Positions 31,464 to 40,940 of a stretch of 64,000 nt of DNA are shown here, piece by piece. Position 1 is the stretch's first letter, and the number at the start of each line of letters is the position of its first letter. This stretch comes from Desulfobacterales bacterium (GTDB lineage Bacteria; Desulfobacterota; Desulfobacteria; Desulfobacterales; JAIPEE01): positions 12,772 to 76,771 of the forward strand of contig JAIPEE010000015.1 in the NCBI GenBank assembly GCA_021737275.1, given 5' to 3'. The notes beneath the pieces are model-generated. The model did no database searches and was not told the DNA's origin. It was given only the letters and a program-made list of their open reading frames with translations. The position numbers were made by a program, and so were the translations under genes.

Positions 31464-31503
31464 TCGTACGCGTAATCGACTAAGATCAGGATTACGAGTA
31501 CGA
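31464..31503. repeat. Hairpin-forming repeat built from CGTA(A/C)TC-type units (family 1)
   Basis: tcgtacgcgtaatc (31464-31477) pairs with gattacgagtacga (31490-31503), with 1 mismatch and a 12-nt loop. Related to the element at 46736-46813. Confidence 0.7.
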
Positions 31504-31560
31504 TTTGTTACCCCATAATATTAATGAAGAATCAAGGCTAAAACAGAGATATAATAAAAA

Positions 31561-32535
31561 ATGAAGCCGATATATTTTCCATATACATGTGTGTCCGGAC
31601 AGGTTATGACTGTCTTAAAAGATTTTTTTGAAAGTATTATCGTGTGCTTTCCTTCGAAACTGGATATACCTGAAAGCATGCAAACGTTTCAGAATGATGG
31701 TTTTCTGGAGATAATAACACCGGTGGCAGGAGATGAGGATGCTATTCGGAAAAGTATGGCATCATTTCAATCCTGGGCAAATATTCATGAGGGCCGAAGC
31801 CCGGCATTTTTGAAAAGCCGGAAGGAGAGCGTCCCCTTTTATGATGATACGGTGACAACCCATATCCGAACTGAGATTAACAGGTATAAAGACGACAAGC
31901 TTGAAAATGCTGATGCATCAACAATTTTTCCCGCCAGACTATTTCTTCAGATTGCCCATGATTTTGATCTAAACAGTCTTGATGCAGAAAACACGCTCTC
32001 TTCCCTTGGTGATACGGAAAAAAATATTATGACAGAACTGAAGGGCGGAAAAGATGTGCTGTTTCCTGACCATACAGGAGGAGTAGTGCCGGCGCCCGGC
32101 GGGGTCTCCAACTATATGGTTCCGGAAAGAATCCGGGCATGGTGCCGGCTCATGCTTCAGTCCGATGATATCCCTTCTGTTTTTATAACGGCCGGACGAA
32201 CCGCATATGAGTATATGCTTGATAATATGCCTGAAGCGACTACTGTTGTTGAAAATATACATACTAATTCCGGTGGAAAATCCGGTAAGGTTCTTGACGG
32301 CTATCTGAAATCACTTGCTGTTAAAGGGGCTGTTGCAGATGCCGGTATTGAGGCGGCTTTGGCGGAAGCCGGACAAAATGGGAAAATGGTATCTTTATCC
32401 ATAAGTGTATTGGCCGGTGTTAAACCAGGCATTTTTCTGGCAAAATGTTCGGGTTCTGAGAATATGGATTTAGATTCGGACCCGGATAAAAAGGTATGTA
32501 CCAATACCGTAGTGGTATTGGTTGAGCTTATATAA
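31561..32535 (+). CDS. Hypothetical protein (324 aa)
   Basis: Long ORF with typical coding composition. No recognised family. Confidence 0.45.
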   Translation: MKPIYFPYTCVSGQVMTVLKDFFESIIVCFPSKLDIPESMQTFQNDGFLEIITPVAGDEDAIRKSMASFQSWANIHEGRSPAFLKSRKESVPFYDDTVTTHIRTEINRYKDDKLENADASTIFPARLFLQIAHDFDLNSLDAENTLSSLGDTEKNIMTELKGGKDVLFPDHTGGVVPAPGGVSNYMVPERIRAWCRLMLQSDDIPSVFITAGRTAYEYMLDNMPEATTVVENIHTNSGGKSGKVLDGYLKSLAVKGAVADAGIEAALAEAGQNGKMVSLSISVLAGVKPGIFLAKCSGSENMDLDSDPDKKVCTNTVVVLVELI

Positions 32536-32646
32536 GCTATTGTAATTAAAGATTGTAATGGCTGCCGGAGGAATTTGATTAAAGATTCTAATCTGTGATA
32601 ATGGGACTTGAAAAGTTTTTATATTAAATAAAACAGGTAAGAATCC

Positions 32647-32673
32647 TTGACTCATTATTTTAATTGGTATAAT
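32647..32673 (+). promoter_or_regulatory. Extended -10 promoter upstream of the ferredoxin gene
   Basis: TTGACT (32647-32652), 15-nt spacer, TGgTATAAT (perfect -10 at 32668-32673), 66 nt before the ATG. Confidence 0.45.
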
Positions 32674-32739
32674 GAATTTTCCGTCTTAGCCAAAAACTAA
32701 TGTGCCATCAGGCAATTATATTATGAAAGGAGCACTTAA

Positions 32740-32928
32740 ATGTCTTTTAATCCTATCGTAGATCAATCAAAATGTGAAGGTTGTGAAGAGTGTGTAGATG
32801 TTTGTCCCGTTGAAGTATTTGAAATGGTTGACGGCAAATCTTCTCCTGTTAATGCAGAAGAATGCCTGGGTTGTGAAAGCTGTGTAGAAGTTTGTGAACC
32901 CAATGCAATCGTAATCGAAGAAGACTAA
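32740..32928 (+). CDS. 2x[4Fe-4S] ferredoxin
   Basis: 62 aa with CEGCEECVDVCP and CLGCESCVEVCEP cluster motifs. AGGAG lies upstream. Confidence 0.88.
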   Translation: MSFNPIVDQSKCEGCEECVDVCPVEVFEMVDGKSSPVNAEECLGCESCVEVCEPNAIVIEED

Positions 32929-32938
32929 AATTTTTAGG

Positions 32939-32981
32939 AATATTCCCCTGGCGTATTTTTTTGTATGGCCGGGGGAATATT
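32939..32981 (+). terminator. Hairpin downstream of the ferredoxin gene (possible terminator)
   Basis: aatattcccc (32939-32948) pairs with ggggaatatt (32972-32981). The loop contains a T-run and tt follows. Confidence 0.35.
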
Positions 32982-33176
32982 TTATCCTCCCTGACAAAAT
33001 CTTGTATTTTATCTGCAGAACAATATTTCTGTATCAGAATAATCATACGATACAGATTGTTGATTGTTGAAAAAGTTTTTTAACAGCCAATATGTTCGAA
33101 AATATTCCCCTAAACTACAACTCTTGGTATAAATTTTTCATTGCACCACTATATCACGTATGCTAAGTACGTGAAG

Positions 33177-33509
33177 ATGAAACAATATGTCATAGATGAA
33201 TTAAGATTTGAAGATTATGATAAATTAAAGCTCTATCTCGATAAACATCTTAACGATCGTTCTTTTGACGGAGTTTACTGGATACCTTTAGAATCTGAGC
33301 TGTTTTCTGAAGTACAGGCTGAACATAAAGATTGTCAGCCCTATTTTTTTGCCCTTGAACTGGAACAACATCGCATTTCATGCGAACTGCTTGTGCGTAC
33401 AAAAGGTAAAATCCGGTGTGACTGTATATGCCATGCAAATGAGATTCAGCGAAACTGGCTTATTGATTATATGGATGCAATACTGGAAAAACTTGAAATT
33501 ATTGCATAA
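33177..33509 (+). CDS. Hypothetical small protein (110 aa) with a CxC...C..H cluster
   Basis: ORF upstream of rnj, containing RCDCICHANE. No recognised family. Confidence 0.4.
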   Translation: MKQYVIDELRFEDYDKLKLYLDKHLNDRSFDGVYWIPLESELFSEVQAEHKDCQPYFFALELEQHRISCELLVRTKGKIRCDCICHANEIQRNWLIDYMDAILEKLEIIA

Positions 33510-33604
33510 ATTTTGATAGAGTACCTTATTTTAAAATAATTTATTGATCTTAATTGCTAACGATAATACCGGAAGATGAATTTGATTGTTAAGGAAATGC
33601 TGAA

Positions 33605-35254
33605 ATGTTGAAAATCATACCACTGGGCGGGCTGGGCGAAATTGGCCTAAACATGATGGTAATTGAATATGGGGACACCATTTTTATTGTTGATGCCGGT
33701 TTGATGTTCCCTGAAGATTTCATGCTGGGGATAGATTATGTTATTCCGGATATGGCCTATATCCGTGAAAACAGATCTAAAATTTTTGGTATTATATTAA
33801 CCCATGCTCATGAAGACCATATCGGCGCACTTCCATTTTTTCTGAAGGAAGTCAACGTTCCCGTTTTCGCTACACGCTTTACACTTGGTATAGTGAAACA
33901 CAAGCTTGAAGAGCGTGGTTTGCTTTCCTCAACGGCACTTCATGAAATTGCCCCGGGGCAGCAACTCAAGATCGGTGTTTTCGATATCGGCTTTATTCAT
34001 GTTACGCACAGCGTTGTTGACGGTGTCGGCCTTGCCATCAGAACGCCGGTGGGACTTATTGTGCACACCGGTGATTTCAAGATTACCAATGCATCCCTGG
34101 ACGGTATCAAAACCGATGTAAACAAATTTGCGCTTTGTGGCCAGGAGGGCGTTCTGGCATTGCTTTCCGATTCAACCAATGTTGAAAAAGAGGGCTATAC
34201 CATATCAGCCCAGAAGATTCAGGAAGCCATCGGCAGAATTGTTGCCGATTGCAAGGGCAGGGTTATTATTGCACTCTTTGCATCCAATATTACCCGCATT
34301 CAGCGTGTTATCAATATTGCGGAACATGAAGAACGCAAGGTTGTTTTTGACGGCAGAAGCATTGAGGTCAGTATCAAGATCGCTCAGGAGCTCGGATTTC
34401 TCAAAATTCCACCGGGTATGGAAATCGGTATAGATGAAATGGACAGCTATCCGGATGATGAAATTATCCTGATTACAACAGGCAGTCAGGGTGAGCCCAT
34501 GTCGGCATTGGCCAGAATGGCAACCGGCACACATAAAAAGATTAGTGTAAAAAGAGCAGATACGATTGTTCTCTCTTCCAAATTTATCCCTGGAAACGAG
34601 CGTGCTATTACAGGCATTATCAACAAGCTTTATAAACGTGGTGCCAACCTGATTTATGAAAAAATTTCTGAAATTCATGTGTCGGGCCATGCTTTCCGGG
34701 AAGAACTTAAAATGATGATCAATTTGACCAAACCAAAATATTTTATCCCCATACATGGCGAATACCGGCACCTGCTGCTCCATGCACGTCTGGCTGAGGA
34801 TATCGGAATTCCCAGAGAAAACGCCATACTTGTTGAAAACGGTCAGGTTGTAGAGTTTAGTAAAGATGATGTTCGTATTCAGGGCAGTGTGCCGACCGGT
34901 CGGGTTCTCATCGACGGAAAGGGCGTTGGTGATGTCGGCAGGAGTGTTCTTAAGGAAAGGCGGGCTCTTTCTGAAGATGGCCTGGTTGTTGTCAATATGT
35001 GGTTTGATGAAGAGACCGGTATAGTAACATATGGCCCGGAGATTGTTTCCCGTGGATTTGTTTTTGAAACGGCAACAGGTCATCTTATAGAAGATGCAAA
35101 ATGTGTTGTTCTTGAATGTGTGGATAATGTTGATTTTGATGAACCGGACAGAACGGAAAAGATCAAGGTACAGGTCAAAACTGCATTAAAACAGTATTTT
35201 TATTTTGCCATCAAGCGGAGACCGGTAATACTGACATTTATTCAGGAAGTCTGA
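33605..35254 (+). CDS. rnj: Ribonuclease J (metallo-beta-lactamase/beta-CASP family)
   Basis: IIPLGGLGEIGLNM, HAHEDHIG and TGDFK motifs, beta-CASP region, 549 aa. Confidence 0.92.
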   Translation: MLKIIPLGGLGEIGLNMMVIEYGDTIFIVDAGLMFPEDFMLGIDYVIPDMAYIRENRSKIFGIILTHAHEDHIGALPFFLKEVNVPVFATRFTLGIVKHKLEERGLLSSTALHEIAPGQQLKIGVFDIGFIHVTHSVVDGVGLAIRTPVGLIVHTGDFKITNASLDGIKTDVNKFALCGQEGVLALLSDSTNVEKEGYTISAQKIQEAIGRIVADCKGRVIIALFASNITRIQRVINIAEHEERKVVFDGRSIEVSIKIAQELGFLKIPPGMEIGIDEMDSYPDDEIILITTGSQGEPMSALARMATGTHKKISVKRADTIVLSSKFIPGNERAITGIINKLYKRGANLIYEKISEIHVSGHAFREELKMMINLTKPKYFIPIHGEYRHLLLHARLAEDIGIPRENAILVENGQVVEFSKDDVRIQGSVPTGRVLIDGKGVGDVGRSVLKERRALSEDGLVVVNMWFDEETGIVTYGPEIVSRGFVFETATGHLIEDAKCVVLECVDNVDFDEPDRTEKIKVQVKTALKQYFYFAIKRRPVILTFIQEV

Positions 35255-35351
35255 TTTTTCGTGTCTGATTTGCCCATTTACTTCGTTACAAGGGGTTCGC
35301 TGTAGAATGACTAAAACTTCACCTTTGAGGTCTTGTTGAGAGAGGATTTAC

Positions 35352-37514
35352 TTGCGTAAAGAAATAATCGGAATAGTATTATTTTTTTTAGTTGTTTTTA
35401 CGCTTATCAGCCTGTTGTCGTACAGCCCTGCTGATCCTTCTATTAATAATGCCGCCTCATCGGGTAATATCCATAATCTGTTCGGTCTTGTCGGTGCCCA
35501 TCTTGCCGGGGTCCTTATCGGGCTTTTTGGTCTGGGTGCATTCTGGATTCCCTTTTTACTTCTTTTGTCAAGTGTTCAACTTTTTGGCGAACATACAAAA
35601 CGGACCATTTTTACTACTATTGCCGGCGGTATTCTTTTGATTCTGACAACAGGATGTCTTCTTGCCGTTAGTAAAAATCATTATATAATTTTTGGCGTCA
35701 AATTTTCGGCCGGCGGCATGATCGGTATCCCAATTAAATCCTTTCTGGTTAAGATTGCAAACATTTCGGGCGCAACAATTATATTTGTTTTACTCTGGAT
35801 AATTGCGCTGATATTGGCGACAGACTTTTCACTATTCTCCTTTTTTAAAAAAAGCTGGACATTTTGCCAGGTATCGTATGAGCAAATAAAGCTTTTAATA
35901 ATCAAATGGAACGAGCGCAGAAAAAAAGCAAAAAAAAGATCTGTTGTTAAAAAGGAACAGGCAAAGAAAAAGCCCAAGGCTATTGCCATAAAAACAACCA
36001 TACCAACACCGGTAAAAGAGTCGCCTGCACCTAAACAGGAAGTCTTTGAGTTTATGAAAAACGGTAATGGTTATCAGAAGCCGTCCATTAACTTTCTTGA
36101 TGATCCTGAAGAACGCCCTGCTGCAGTAGATGATGAAAACCTGCGGATGCAGTCAAAACTGCTTGAGAAAAAGCTAGAAGATTTCGGCGTCAGGGGGCAG
36201 GTTGTTGCCGTTTCACCGGGACCGGTTATTACAACATTCGAGTATGAGCCGGCGCCTGGTGTTAAAATTAACAAGATTGTTACACTGACTGATGACCTGG
36301 CACTGGCCCTTCGGGCGATGAGTATTCGTATTGTAGCACCGATCCCCGGTAAGGCGGTTATTGGTATTGAGATACCCAATACTGAAAGGGAAATTGTCAG
36401 GTTTAAGGAAGTGGTTTCTTCCCGTGCGTTTGAAAAATCAGATTCAAAACTGACCCTGTGTGTGGGTAAGGATATCGTCGGCAAACCCGTTGCGACGGAA
36501 CTGGATAAAATGCCCCACCTTCTTATCGCCGGTGCGACAGGTGCGGGTAAAAGTGTGGCACTTAATACCATGATCTGCAGTTTTCTCTATAAGGCTGATC
36601 CGGATGAGGTAAAACTGATTATGATCGATCCGAAAAGGATCGAACTTTCCATGTATGATGGCATACCGCATCTGATTACGCCGGTTGTGACGGATGTGAA
36701 AAAAGCGACCAATGCACTTTACTGGGCAGTAAAAGAGATGGAGAGAAGATATGAACTTCTTTCTGAGGCAAAAGCCAAAAATATTACCCAGTATAATAAA
36801 AAGATTGATAAGCTGTTAAAGGATAATAAAGAGACGGAAGATCCGGAAAAACCGCTGGAGAAACTGCCTTACATCGTTATTATTATTGATGAACTGGCCG
36901 ATCTTATGATGGTGGCTTCAAGAGATGTTGAGGTGGCGCTTACAAGACTGGCACAGATGGCCCGTGCTGCCGGAATTCACCTTATTCTCGCTACCCAGCG
37001 TCCATCAGTTGATGTTCTGACCGGTATTATCAAAGCAAACTTTCCGGCACGTCTGACATTTCAGGTCTCTTCCAAAACAGATTCAAGAACCATTATTGAT
37101 ACCAATGGCGCTGAAAATCTGCTGGGCAATGGCGATATGCTGCTGCTGCCTCCGGGAAGAGCACATCTTCAGCGTGTTCACGGTGCCTACATCTCCGAAG
37201 CAGAACTTGCACGGATTACCCAATTCCTTAAAGAACAGGCTGAACCGGAATATGATGAATCTATAACAACCACGCCGGTTGAAGATATCACTGATGACGG
37301 TGAAACCGAATATGATGAAAAGTACGATGAAGCCGTTGCCCTGATCACTAAAACCCGTCAGGCATCAATATCCATGATCCAACGCCATTTGCGTATCGGT
37401 TATAACCGGGCTGCACGGATCATCGAAGTAATGGAGAAAGAGGGTATTGTCGGTCCGTCTGATGGTGCCAAAGCAAGGGAAGTGTTGGTTGGTGGCTATG
37501 ATGATATGCCTTGA
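35352..37514 (+). CDS. ftsK: DNA translocase FtsK
   Basis: TTG start with AGAGGA upstream. N-terminal TM helices, Lys-rich linker, motor domain (AGATGAGKSV Walker A, IIIDELADLMM Walker B) and C-terminal gamma winged helix (ISMIQRHLRIGYNRAARIIE). Confidence 0.93.
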   Translation: MRKEIIGIVLFFLVVFTLISLLSYSPADPSINNAASSGNIHNLFGLVGAHLAGVLIGLFGLGAFWIPFLLLLSSVQLFGEHTKRTIFTTIAGGILLILTTGCLLAVSKNHYIIFGVKFSAGGMIGIPIKSFLVKIANISGATIIFVLLWIIALILATDFSLFSFFKKSWTFCQVSYEQIKLLIIKWNERRKKAKKRSVVKKEQAKKKPKAIAIKTTIPTPVKESPAPKQEVFEFMKNGNGYQKPSINFLDDPEERPAAVDDENLRMQSKLLEKKLEDFGVRGQVVAVSPGPVITTFEYEPAPGVKINKIVTLTDDLALALRAMSIRIVAPIPGKAVIGIEIPNTEREIVRFKEVVSSRAFEKSDSKLTLCVGKDIVGKPVATELDKMPHLLIAGATGAGKSVALNTMICSFLYKADPDEVKLIMIDPKRIELSMYDGIPHLITPVVTDVKKATNALYWAVKEMERRYELLSEAKAKNITQYNKKIDKLLKDNKETEDPEKPLEKLPYIVIIIDELADLMMVASRDVEVALTRLAQMARAAGIHLILATQRPSVDVLTGIIKANFPARLTFQVSSKTDSRTIIDTNGAENLLGNGDMLLLPPGRAHLQRVHGAYISEAELARITQFLKEQAEPEYDESITTTPVEDITDDGETEYDEKYDEAVALITKTRQASISMIQRHLRIGYNRAARIIEVMEKEGIVGPSDGAKAREVLVGGYDDMP

Positions 37515-37838
37515 TAGTTAAAAATATTAAAATATGCAGTATATTTTAATACTGTAGGAAATGCTTCCGTTTTTTATTTTGAACCATCATTCGCTTTCAA
37601 AAAGCAAGTTCTAATCAATTTGCTAAATTTTTCAAGTTTTCTTGTGGAAACGTTATAATTTTTCTAAAATTCTTCATTAAAATTTTAAGTACAAAAGAAC
37701 GCCAAATTATCCTAAATATCTAAATTAATATTCATAAATATAGACTTTACCTTTTTGGCATGAATAATGCATGTGCCAGTTTTTAATTGTATGTACACGG
37801 CATTTATCCGGCAAAAATAACATAAGGAAGGTAATACT

Positions 37839-39218
37839 ATGTCTCAAGGTTTAAAAAGAGAATTGAAAAGTCGGCACTTGGCCATGATTTCCATCGGCGC
37901 AATTATCGGCACGGGGCTGTTTCTAAATTCAGGCTACACGATTAGCTCCGCGGGACCCGGCGGTAGTTTGCTCTGCTACATAGCCGGCGGTTTTCTAATG
38001 TGGCTCGTGATGGTCTGTCTGGCAGAGCTTGCCGTTGCCATGCCGGAATCCGGGTCGTTCCATGAATACAGCAGCCGACTGGCATCTCCTGCTGTTGGAA
38101 ATGCCATTGGATGGCTTTACTGGTTTTCATGGGTGCTGACTATTGCATGGTATCTGAGTGCTGTGGGCATCTATATGCAGTACTGGTGGAAAGGTAGTCC
38201 GCTCTGGCTATGGTATTTGGTATTCGGAGCGGTGCTTTTTATTTTCAACTGCCTCTCCGTGAAGGTTTTCGGGGAGGGCCAATTCTGGTTCGCTGGGCTC
38301 AAAGTGTTTGCTGTCCTGATTTTCATTTTGATCGGCCTGGCGGCGGTCTTTGGCGGTTTTGGCGAGAAGGTGCCCGGCCTTCAAAATCTTATGGCGGTTA
38401 AAGGATTCTTTCCAGTGGCATTTATTGCGGTTCTTCCGGTAATGATGAATGTCTCTTTTTCGTATCAGGGCTGTGAGGTGCTGGGAAATACGGCAGGAGA
38501 AAGTCAGAATCCGGCTAAGGAGATTCCCCGTGCCATTCGAAGCACGGTTTTGCAGGTAACCGGCGTTTACGTCGTCAGTGTTTTGGTCCTTATGACCTGT
38601 CTGCCCTGGACAAGTTTTGGAATGGATGAAAGTCCTTTTGTCACAGTTCTCAGCCGGCTCGGTATTCCGGGAGTTGACCATATTATGAATATTATTGTCA
38701 TAACTGCAGCGCTTTCCGCTGCCAATTCGGCTGTTTATACCTGCACGCGGTTTACATACAGCCTTGCCTTAAAAGGTGCGGCACCAAAATCCATGATGTT
38801 GCTGAATAAGAGAAAGATCCCTTTTAATGCGCTGCTGCTTACCAGCGCAGGTATCGCTATTTGTATTTTGAGCGGCGAAATTCCTCTACTGGCCAATACC
38901 GTCAATGTCTGGATGTGGGCAGTATCAGGCATTATCGGGGCGATTGCCTGGATCATGATTGGTATCTGCCTTATTTTGTTCCGGAGACATCTTGCCAGGG
39001 AAGGAAAATCCGTTTCGGATCTTGCCTACCGATCGCCAGGATACCCGCTGGTTCCAATTCTTGTGATTGTTCTGAACATAGCGATACTGTTCAGTATGCT
39101 GGCGTCACCAGACCAGCGTCTTTCTTTGTATGTTGGCGTTCCGGTTGTGGTGGTGACGTTTCTTTTTTTCTTCTTTAGAGAAAATACTAAACAGGTGAAC
39201 GAGAAAAAAATGCTATAG
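37839..39218 (+). CDS. Amino acid permease (APC superfamily, AAT family)
   Basis: LKRELKSRHLAMISIGAIIGTGLF signature and about 12 TM helices. AAGGAAGG lies upstream. Confidence 0.88.
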   Translation: MSQGLKRELKSRHLAMISIGAIIGTGLFLNSGYTISSAGPGGSLLCYIAGGFLMWLVMVCLAELAVAMPESGSFHEYSSRLASPAVGNAIGWLYWFSWVLTIAWYLSAVGIYMQYWWKGSPLWLWYLVFGAVLFIFNCLSVKVFGEGQFWFAGLKVFAVLIFILIGLAAVFGGFGEKVPGLQNLMAVKGFFPVAFIAVLPVMMNVSFSYQGCEVLGNTAGESQNPAKEIPRAIRSTVLQVTGVYVVSVLVLMTCLPWTSFGMDESPFVTVLSRLGIPGVDHIMNIIVITAALSAANSAVYTCTRFTYSLALKGAAPKSMMLLNKRKIPFNALLLTSAGIAICILSGEIPLLANTVNVWMWAVSGIIGAIAWIMIGICLILFRRHLAREGKSVSDLAYRSPGYPLVPILVIVLNIAILFSMLASPDQRLSLYVGVPVVVVTFLFFFFRENTKQVNEKKML

Positions 39219-39274
39219 GGGTTTTATAATAGACCGTTATGATTCTCTCATAAAGCGGAAAAAGGAGAAATAGG

Positions 39275-40699
39275 ATGAATACCGTTATACCGAAAATTAC
39301 CGTATTAAACAGCGACCAAATAGCCGTTGTCCATGATTATTCCTTAAAAATTCTGTCTTCCACGGGGATCCGTGTCGACTCGGTCCGGGCTAGAAAATTT
39401 TTTGAAGATGCCATAGGCAAACCATCGGAAGACAACCGGGTACGGATTCCGGCCGAACTGGTGGCCCAGGCGCTGGAAACCGCACCGCATGAGATCAGTG
39501 TTTACAACCGAAAAAAACAGCATGCCTTCACCCTGGGAGACGACCAGCCGCGTTTCGGCATCGGGGTAACGAATCTCTATTACCAGGACCCGGCTACTGA
39601 CCAGGTAGAGCCTTTCACCCGAAAGCATATGGAGATTTCCACAAGACTGGGCGAGGCTCTGCACAGTTATGATGTAGTTTCCACTATTGGCATTGCAAGG
39701 GATCTTCCGGCAGATGTCGCCGATTTTTACGGCACTCTGGAGATGGTTGCCAATACGGTGAAACCGCTTGTTCTTCTGGTTTCTGAAGAGAAGTGTTTCG
39801 CCCCTGTGCTGGATCTTTTAGAGCATCTGCACGGTGACTTGGCGGAGAAACCTTTTGTGGTGCCGTATTTTAATCCCATCACCCCCCTGGTCATTAACGA
39901 GGGCACTGTCGATAAGATGATTATCGCCATAAAAAAGGGGTTGCCCATCATCTATTCAAATTACGGAATGTCGGGTGCATCGACGCCCATAACCCCTACC
40001 GCTACACTGGCCTTGATGAATGCCGAACTTCTGGCCGGGTTGGTACTCAGCCAGCTTATCAAAGAGGGTGCCCCTGTTATTTTGGGCAGTCTGCCGGCCA
40101 GCTTTGATATGAAAACCTCGGGGACCGTGTACACGCCCACCAGCCTTCTGGTCAACATCGCTTGTGCCGAAATGATGGACTATTATAGAATTCCCCACTG
40201 TGGGACCTCCGGAAGCGGTGCAGGCTGGGGGCCGGATTTGACTGCGGCAGGTCCGTTGTGGATCAATCATTTGACCAGTTGCCTTGGGAAAGTTGGATTG
40301 GCACCTTTTGTGGGAGGGAATTTTGATTCTCTGGCCTTTTCACCTGCAACGGTCGTTTATTCCGACCAGATTATCCGGCAGTCGCGTCAATTCGCAAAGG
40401 AATTTGAATTAAATGAAGAGACGATTGCAATGGATGAGATCAATTCGATCGGGCCAGGAGGAGATTATCTGACGGCTCCCCTGACATTGAAACTCTTTCG
40501 CAAGGCTATGGCCGGTAATGATATCTGGCCGAATTTAAGCCTGGAAAAGTGGCAGCAGGAGGCGCGACCCTGCCGGGGCGATGATTTTCTTAGAAAACGG
40601 ACTATGGAGCTGATTGACGGCCTTCAGGCCCCTCAAGATCATGATATGCTGATCGAGCGAGGCGAAGCATTTATCAGCAAAGGGGCAGGGGCCAAATGA
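39275..40699 (+). CDS. MttB-superfamily (trimethylamine methyltransferase-like) protein, non-pyrrolysine type
   Basis: 474-aa uninterrupted ORF with an MttB-family N-terminus (LNSDQIAVVHDYSLKILSSTGIRV) and TIM-barrel length. No in-frame TAG. Confidence 0.8.
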   Translation: MNTVIPKITVLNSDQIAVVHDYSLKILSSTGIRVDSVRARKFFEDAIGKPSEDNRVRIPAELVAQALETAPHEISVYNRKKQHAFTLGDDQPRFGIGVTNLYYQDPATDQVEPFTRKHMEISTRLGEALHSYDVVSTIGIARDLPADVADFYGTLEMVANTVKPLVLLVSEEKCFAPVLDLLEHLHGDLAEKPFVVPYFNPITPLVINEGTVDKMIIAIKKGLPIIYSNYGMSGASTPITPTATLALMNAELLAGLVLSQLIKEGAPVILGSLPASFDMKTSGTVYTPTSLLVNIACAEMMDYYRIPHCGTSGSGAGWGPDLTAAGPLWINHLTSCLGKVGLAPFVGGNFDSLAFSPATVVYSDQIIRQSRQFAKEFELNEETIAMDEINSIGPGGDYLTAPLTLKLFRKAMAGNDIWPNLSLEKWQQEARPCRGDDFLRKRTMELIDGLQAPQDHDMLIERGEAFISKGAGAK

Positions 40700-40940
40700 T
40701 TGGCCAATAGTTGGAATTACGTGCTTGTAATCAGCTGTTCCGGCTCGTCGGATTCGGGTGAAATAAAGACCGGGCTCTCTGGAGTAATTCCGTTGTTACC
40801 GTTAAGGAGGAGATAAATATGCAATGGTAGTTGTCGAGGCCGTTGGCAAGGCGTTAAGGTACTTGGACATCAGTCATATTTTGGACTTTCGCAACTCGGT
40901 ATGGCGGGTTGCGAAAGCATTTAAAATGGAATGTCTCCAA

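Noticed and set aside
34205-35083. 292-aa ORF antisense to RNase J
   Set aside because: It is a shadow ORF. The sense strand encodes full-length, motif-complete RNase J.
37515-37585. AT-only palindrome (ttaaaatat-gcagt-atattttaa) and a small ggaa/ttcc stem plus T-run after ftsK as a terminator
   Set aside because: The stems are either pure A/T or only 4 bp, which is too weak to call a rho-independent terminator with confidence.
39275-40699. Pyrrolysine-containing trimethylamine methyltransferase
   Set aside because: The ORF is continuous with no in-frame TAG, so it belongs to the non-Pyl branch of the MttB superfamily. No pyl genes are in the window.
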